55,879 nucleotides of DNA from an uncultured Candidatus Saccharibacteria bacterium (lineage in GTDB: Bacteria; Patescibacteriota; Minisyncoccia; Phycocordibacterales; Phycocordibacteraceae): assembly GCA_964518755.1 (NCBI GenBank), contig CAZFHH010000003.1, forward strand, positions 1 through 55,879. Reading direction: 5' to 3'. How positions within the stretch are numbered: position 1 is the first letter of the stretch; each line of letters opens with the position of its first letter. Made by a program: the position numbers and the translations under genes. The notes under the pieces were generated by a model that was not told the DNA's origin, searched no databases, and saw only the letters and a list, made by a program, of their open reading frames with translations. Shown here piece by piece: positions 52,254 through 55,879 of this stretch.

Positions 52254-52291
52254 AACCCGCGAAGCTTCGCTTCGCGGGTTTGGGCTTTTTT
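52254..52291. terminator. Hairpin AACCCGCGAAGC-ttc-GCTTCGCGGGTT with a T run on the plus strand
   Basis: Lies after the minus-strand gene 52339..52623, but its U-tract faces the plus strand. Confidence 0.5.
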
Positions 52292-52338
52292 TATTTCGTA
52301 GCGCGTACCGTTTTTTATAAAGAGGGGCGTATTGTAAA

Positions 52339-52623
52339 TTATATCGTAAGGCGCGCGGAAAACACACACAAGAGCGAGTCTAGTGCGCAACGAAAAGAAA
52401 CAAGCTCTTCCGGTGTTGCGCGTGCAAGTTCCAACCCGCGAATCATAAGAAGTCCCTCTTCATATGCTCCGTGTCGTTTGGTTTTTCGTAACTGTTCAAG
52501 AGTACGGTGTGCACGAGCGAGCGAATCGCGATATCTATCCTCGTTATTATCTCTCACTGCGTTCACACAACGTGTGACGTCAGCTCCAAGGTTTACAAAA
52601 TAAAAAATAGCATCACGCTTCAT
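52339..52623 (-). CDS. Hypothetical helical protein (94 aa)
   Basis: ORF with helix-like composition, 25 nt downstream of the DUF5674-like gene. I recognised no family. Confidence 0.45.
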   Translation of the reverse strand: MKRDAIFYFVNLGADVTRCVNAVRDNNEDRYRDSLARAHRTLEQLRKTKRHGAYEEGLLMIRGLELARATPEELVSFRCALDSLLCVFSARLTI

Positions 52624-52648
52624 AATTTAAGAAAGGGGATTGCGTGTG

Positions 52649-52975
52649 CTAAGCCTTGCGTATCGCCATACGCGTATCTTCACTTTCAATTTCCATGCTA
52701 CGGTTCTTCTGCGCAGGTCTAATGTTGATGAGCGAAGTATATTCAATAGCCATATCGCCAGTTTCATCCGGATAGATATTGAAACCCCATAAATCTTCTT
52801 GGGATGAACCATCCTCAATAAGGCGGGTGTTAGCATCCATGTGTCATTCGCCACCAAGAGCAACGATTCCGCGCGATATATCAGTGACGCCCTTCACCAA
52901 TGTTTGATACCACTCATTTGCAAGGACATGTAGATCCGTTTCGTTTATAGAGTTGTGTACAATGCATATATCCAT
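52649..52975 (-). pseudogene. DUF5674-like gene interrupted by a single in-frame TGA (52846..52844); pseudogene or read-through/recoded gene
   Basis: My own translation: ATG at 52975 gives MDICIVHNSINETDLHVLANEWYQTLVKGVTDISRGIVALGGE, then TGA, then HMDANTRLIEDGSSQEDLWGFNIYPDE...SLINIRPAQKNRSM (ORF-track 52649..52840), all in the same frame. Confidence 0.7.
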
Positions 52976-53000
52976 ATTTTTTAGTATACTATATTTCGTG

Positions 53001-53053
53001 TTAATTTAAGCCCCACCCGCGAAGCGAAGCTTCGCGGGTGGGGCTTAAATTAA
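53001..53053 (-). terminator. 25-bp perfect-stem hairpin overlapping the methyltransferase stop codon
   Basis: TTAATTTAAGCCCCACCCGCGAAGC-gaa-GCTTCGCGGGTGGGGCTTAAATTAA. Confidence 0.7.
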
Positions 53054-53574
53054 TAATCCATGCATCCAACCGTAAAAATAAAAAAACCTTTCTCTGGTTG
53101 TTCAATCGTTACTTTTGTGAAATTTTTCATGAGGAATTCAATAACAGATTCTATGGTATATCTGTTGCAGGTATCTTCCTTCTCGCCTTTTTCTTGCGAG
53201 TACTCCGCCACAATTATTTTTCCATCCTCTTTTAGAAATTTTTTTGTCTGAATTATAGATTGCTGTACATCATCAAGATGGTGGAATGAGTGTATAAAAG
53301 TAACAACATCAAATCTTCTGTCCCCAAGAATATTGTCCAGGCTTTCCGCTTTCCCAACCAAACACTCAACCAGATTGCACGCATCAAATTCTTCGCACGA
53401 AGAAGTGTGTGCTTTTTTGAAACCCTTATTTGATATGTCCAAGCCCGTAACCTTTTTTTGCAACTTGCTTGCTATACAATTACATAAATAGCCCTCTCCG
53501 CATCCAATATCTAGCAGGTCATCGGTTTTTCTTATTCTTGAGGATATAAGCTCACAGATTTTTTTATCGGTCAT
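53050..53574 (-). CDS. Class I SAM-dependent methyltransferase
   Basis: LLDIGCGEGYL (motif I), VTGLDIS, FDVVTFIHSFHHL. Start set at the ATG at 53574. Confidence 0.75.
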   Translation of the reverse strand: MTDKKICELISSRIRKTDDLLDIGCGEGYLCNCIASKLQKKVTGLDISNKGFKKAHTSSCEEFDACNLVECLVGKAESLDNILGDRRFDVVTFIHSFHHLDDVQQSIIQTKKFLKEDGKIIVAEYSQEKGEKEDTCNRYTIESVIEFLMKNFTKVTIEQPEKGFFIFTVGCMDY

Positions 53575-53733
53575 TTTATGTCTTGGTATGCGCAAGCCTT
53601 ATTCATTTAATAATACAGCTTTAATTTAACATTTTCATATTAACAAATTTTGTGCTTATTGTACTGTAATTAGTCATCGTGGCAGAGATGGGGCGGTCCG
53701 ATTGAATAAGAAAAATCCCGCTCAAGACAAACA

Positions 53734-53770
53734 AATCAATAGTGGAAGGTTGGACCTTCCACTATTGATT
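53734..53770 (-). terminator. Terminator hairpin, 17-bp stem
   Basis: AATCAATAGTGGAAGGT-tgg-ACCTTCCACTATTGATT, after the coiled-coil gene. Confidence 0.65.
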
Positions 53771-53815
53771 ACATCACACTTCTTAAGAAGACAAAAGGCT
53801 GTCCTTTATCGCCAA

Positions 53816-54205
53816 TTACCGCGCAGCTCTTGATTCCAACAGTGACAATCTTTTCTCCAGCACAACGAACTCATCATAATCAACTTTCTTTTTCATCCCG
53901 CCCTTTATAAACTCAATATCCATTTTTATAATCTCAACATCTTCTTTTATTTGTCCGATCATTTCTGTGTGTGACTCCAGCATTCCAGAATGTGAATCCA
54001 ATATCATAGTGTGTGAATTCAGTATTTCCGTATGCAAATTCAAAGTCTCTTTCATTTCAGTGAACTGTTCTTGCATCCCAATGAATTGCTCTGCAACAGC
54101 ACTAATTTTAGATTGCGTATCTTCACTCAACGCACCCATATATCGTTCGTATTCTTTCCGTTGGTCGGTCAATATATTTGTAAGTGTTTTCTCATTTAAC
54201 TCCAT
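53816..54205 (-). CDS. Coiled-coil protein with His/Thr-rich heptad repeats, function unknown
   Basis: LNLHTEI LNSHTMI LDSHSGM LESHTEM, followed by further heptads; 129 aa. Confidence 0.6.
   Translation of the reverse strand: MELNEKTLTNILTDQRKEYERYMGALSEDTQSKISAVAEQFIGMQEQFTEMKETLNLHTEILNSHTMILDSHSGMLESHTEMIGQIKEDVEIIKMDIEFIKGGMKKKVDYDEFVVLEKRLSLLESRAAR
53960..54043 (-). repeat. Four imperfect 21-bp tandem repeats encoding the (L.SHT..) heptads
   Basis: Minus strand: ttgaatttgcatacggaaata ctgaattcacacactatgata ttggattcacattctggaatg ctggagtcacacacagaaatg. Confidence 0.85.
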
Positions 54206-54324
54206 GTTATTATATTATACCGAGCAAGGTTTAAGTCAACCACACACCCCCGGCAGACTGTTGATAAATGAAATGAGATGTCTAAATTAACTTAACGCGG
54301 TGGGGAAGTAGGGCATTAACGGAA

Positions 54325-54351
54325 AAATAAATGGCTCCTGACCCCATTAAC
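54325..54351 (-). repeat. Dispersed 27-nt repeat, copy C (the exact reverse complement of copy A)
   Basis: AAATAAATGGCTCCTGACCCCATTAAC. Confidence 0.9.
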
Positions 54352-54508
54352 TTTCAACAAACCAAGGGTGATATTGGAAGGTAGTTTCTCTCATGAGATG
54401 ATGATGTTGAAAGAATGTGGTGTTATGTTATCATCTGTATTATTAAAGTTCCCGGTTCGTATTTGGGGGTAGGAGAGAGAGGCTCCCATTATAAATTACA
54501 CCACACTT

Positions 54509-54658
54509 TTAAAAAAACAAAGGGGTCTGAACAAAGGGGTCTGACCCCTTTAATCCCTTTAATTGCATGACCCCTTTAATTGCATCAAATATCTGCACAC
54601 GCGCATTGGCGCGATTGATAACATGATAGATTACATTCCCAACATCAACTCTATTCAT
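54509..54658 (-). mobile_element. N-terminal fragment of a RAYT/IS200-like Y1 (HUH) transposase, truncated by short repeats
   Basis: MNRVDVGNVIYHVINRANARVQIFDA matches the conserved YHV.NRGN.R..IF start of Y1_Tnp proteins. The ORF then runs into GGGGTC/CCCTTTAATTGCAT repeats and stops after 49 codons. No HUH or catalytic Tyr region is present. Confidence 0.5.
54518..54585. repeat. Cluster of degenerate short repeats: CAAAGGGGTCTGA x2, the palindrome AAAGGGGTCTGACCCCTTT, and CCCTTTAATTGCAT x2-3
   Basis: Read directly from 54518..54585. Confidence 0.85.
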
Positions 54659-54695
54659 CCTTGGCGTAGAGATATTGTATTATATGACCAAAGAA

Positions 54696-54721
54696 AAAAA
54701 TGGCTCCTGACCCCCATTAAC
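54696..54721 (-). repeat. Dispersed repeat, copy D (AAAAATGGCTCCTGACCCCCATTAAC)
   Basis: Same orientation as copy C, 370 bp away. Copies C and D bracket the transposase fragment. Confidence 0.85.
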
Positions 54722-54755
54722 TTGCAATAAACAGTTTTTACTTCGTTTCCTGCAG

Positions 54756-55879
54756 TTAATTCCAATTGCAAGTTAGCACACTAACACCCCTAAAGACATG
54801 TCCGAGATAGTAACTATAGTAACTATAGTAACTATGTATACAATTTTTTACTTTAGTTGGGCCATCCCACATTGCGAACTCTCTTGTATCAGTTGATCCT
54901 CCATAAGTGGCACCAATCCCATTTTGCGTTGGCCAAAAGTCAGTCGCATAATGACACCATCCATCATGCAATAAATCACATACTTTATTTGTCCATTCCA
55001 TCTTTCCACCTCCAAGATCTTTCGGGCCAGTCCATAGATTTCCAGACATATCAATATAATACATCAAATTTCTAGTGCGTGGATCCGATGCAGTGTGCCC
55101 ACCATATGTACTGATGAAATTTGCAAAGGTAACTAATTTTGGACCAACACTACCTGACCAACTTGATTTACAAACCCCGTTGAGGCACAGTCTAGGTGTG
55201 CTGATGGATCCAGGAACAGTCATGTTTGCAGATTTATCAATTGACAAATTTGTACTTTGATATGTGCCTGATGGCGAAACATCGGCTACGATAAATGCTC
55301 CCTTCCAGTTATATATCGACTGATGTTGTAGTCCATTACCACTTAGGTCTGGAAAGAAAATCTCTTTAGTACTCATTTTCCCATTCACATCCAGCTTCGT
55401 GGTTGGGTTCGTCGTGCCAATGCCCACGTTGCCACTATCTTTAACAAAAAGCGCATCATTCCCAATGTGAACATTCCCTGTTGCATCATCTATAGCAAAA
55501 GGTCTGAGATTATTCCATCCTCCGTACTGGTTACCGCGATTGGTCAATAATAAATAAGTAGACCCTCCATCATTTCTGAAAAATGATCCATAATACGTGC
55601 TACCAGGTTTAACCATTCTAAACTGACCATATCCGCTCCCAAGGGTTCCGATTACTTCTCCGCTTGCCTTTACGTTCCCATTCACATCCAGCTTCGTGGT
55701 TGGATGTAATGTCCCGATACCCACATTACCGTTTGCCACAATAAGTCCGTTTGGTGCTTTCGCTGTATTAAGTAGAAGTCCATTTTCAATAGTGAGTGTG
55801 CCAACTCTTGTTTGTTTATTGTTCCCAACATTCAACGGCGCAAGAGCATTCCCGCCCGGAGGAGCGGACGATGGTTGCA
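54756..55879 (-). CDS. Tail-fibre-like / adhesin-like secreted protein, N-terminus outside the window
   Basis: The frame stays open to the window edge (..QPSSAPPGGNALAPLNVGNNK). Two GNVGIGT..PTTKLDVNG repeats, typical of phage tail-fibre-like proteins, are also repeated at the DNA level (55384..55440 and 55676..55735). Cys/Trp-rich C-terminal domain. Confidence 0.8.
   Translation of the reverse strand, partial: QPSSAPPGGNALAPLNVGNNKQTRVGTLTIENGLLLNTAKAPNGLIVANGNVGIGTLHPTTKLDVNGNVKASGEVIGTLGSGYGQFRMVKPGSTYYGSFFRNDGGSTYLLLTNRGNQYGGWNNLRPFAIDDATGNVHIGNDALFVKDSGNVGIGTTNPTTKLDVNGKMSTKEIFFPDLSGNGLQHQSIYNWKGAFIVADVSPSGTYQSTNLSIDKSANMTVPGSISTPRLCLNGVCKSSWSGSVGPKLVTFANFISTYGGHTASDPRTRNLMYYIDMSGNLWTGPKDLGGGKMEWTNKVCDLLHDGWCHYATDFWPTQNGIGATYGGSTDTREFAMWDGPTKVKNCIHSYYSYYSYYLGHVFRGVSVLTCNWN
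54807..54833 (-). repeat. 9-bp tandem repeat x3 (ATAGTAACT on the plus strand) encoding SYY-SYY-SYY
   Basis: atagtaact atagtaact atagtaact, 50-80 nt before the stop codon of the tail-fibre-like gene. Confidence 0.95.

Noticed and set aside
52844-52846. The in-frame TGA as evidence for a genome-wide alternative genetic code (UGA read as Trp or Gly, code 4 or 25)
   Set aside because: - TGA is the evident stop of dus (4491-4493), murJ (22677-22679), DedA (13926-13928), GH130 (32626-32628) and iscU (36185-36187).
- No other conserved gene needs UGA read-through.
54331-54384. Short ORFs starting at the ATG inside the 27-nt repeat (MAPDPINF... at 54331 and MAPDPH at 54700)
   Set aside because: The frames diverge and terminate at different points in the two copies. 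The repeat is conserved as DNA, not as a coding sequence.

Overview
This is a 55.9-kb, gene-dense bacterial chromosome segment with about 60 protein genes, 5 tRNAs and RNase P RNA.

**Likely origin (inference only).** The style fits a Candidate Phyla Radiation / Patescibacteria (Parcubacteria-like) genome:
- small, streamlined housekeeping proteins;
- an anaerobic class III ribonucleotide reductase and no respiratory genes;
- very large T/P-rich surface proteins;
- AT-rich start regions that mostly lack a Shine-Dalgarno (SD) sequence;
- very long perfect hairpins after, and sometimes before, genes.

**Housekeeping genes recognised from motifs.**
- Replication, RNA and translation: dus, dnaX, RNase R, typA, lepA, ybeY, rpsU, a degenerate HisRS-like protein, lepB, pth and rpsA.
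- Envelope and division: a DsbA-like protein, an FMN reductase, DedA, an ECF sigma factor plus a membrane partner, a ZIP transporter, DUF192, an O-antigen-ligase-like/TPR membrane protein, murJ, an FtsB-like protein, ftsA and ftsZ.
- Other: a GlcD-like FAD oxidoreductase and a P-type ATPase.
- Operons: a mannoside-to-fructose-6-P cluster (ROK kinase, PGI/PMI, PMM-like HAD, GH130, cupin PMI); a tightly overlapped nrdD-nrdG-iscS-iscU-FNR-like operon; and a trxB / GH100-like / SPP-like operon.

**RNA genes.** tRNA-Gln(UUG), tRNA-Gly(CCC), initiator tRNA-Met(CAU), tRNA-Glu(UUC), tRNA-Ser(CGA) and rnpB.

**Not found.** I saw no CRISPR array, restriction-modification system, classical toxin-antitoxin pair, reverse transcriptase or intact transposase.

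**Most unusual observations.**
1. A canonical A_AAA_AAG -1 frameshift heptamer joins a 22-codon ORF led by a strong SD to a 114-codon ORF that has no proper start of its own (17453..17865).
2. A DUF5674-like gene is split by one in-frame UGA, although UGA is a normal stop elsewhere in the window (52649..52975).
3. A 40-nt duplication of the tRNA-Ser 3' end brackets about 160 bp, like an att scar.
4. A dispersed 27-nt repeat and GGGGTCAGACCCC palindromes cluster around an N-terminal fragment of a RAYT/IS200-like Y1 transposase.
5. Long perfect palindromes built around CGGACAT cores sit in divergent promoter regions. One 21-bp stem abuts the ZIP transporter start codon.
6. Both window edges cut through giant surface proteins. 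One is a wall-binding propeller protein with two DNA-identical peptidoglycan-binding modules. The other is a tail-fibre-like protein with an SYY x3 microsatellite near its C-terminus.

All functional calls rest on motif recognition by eye. No database search was run.
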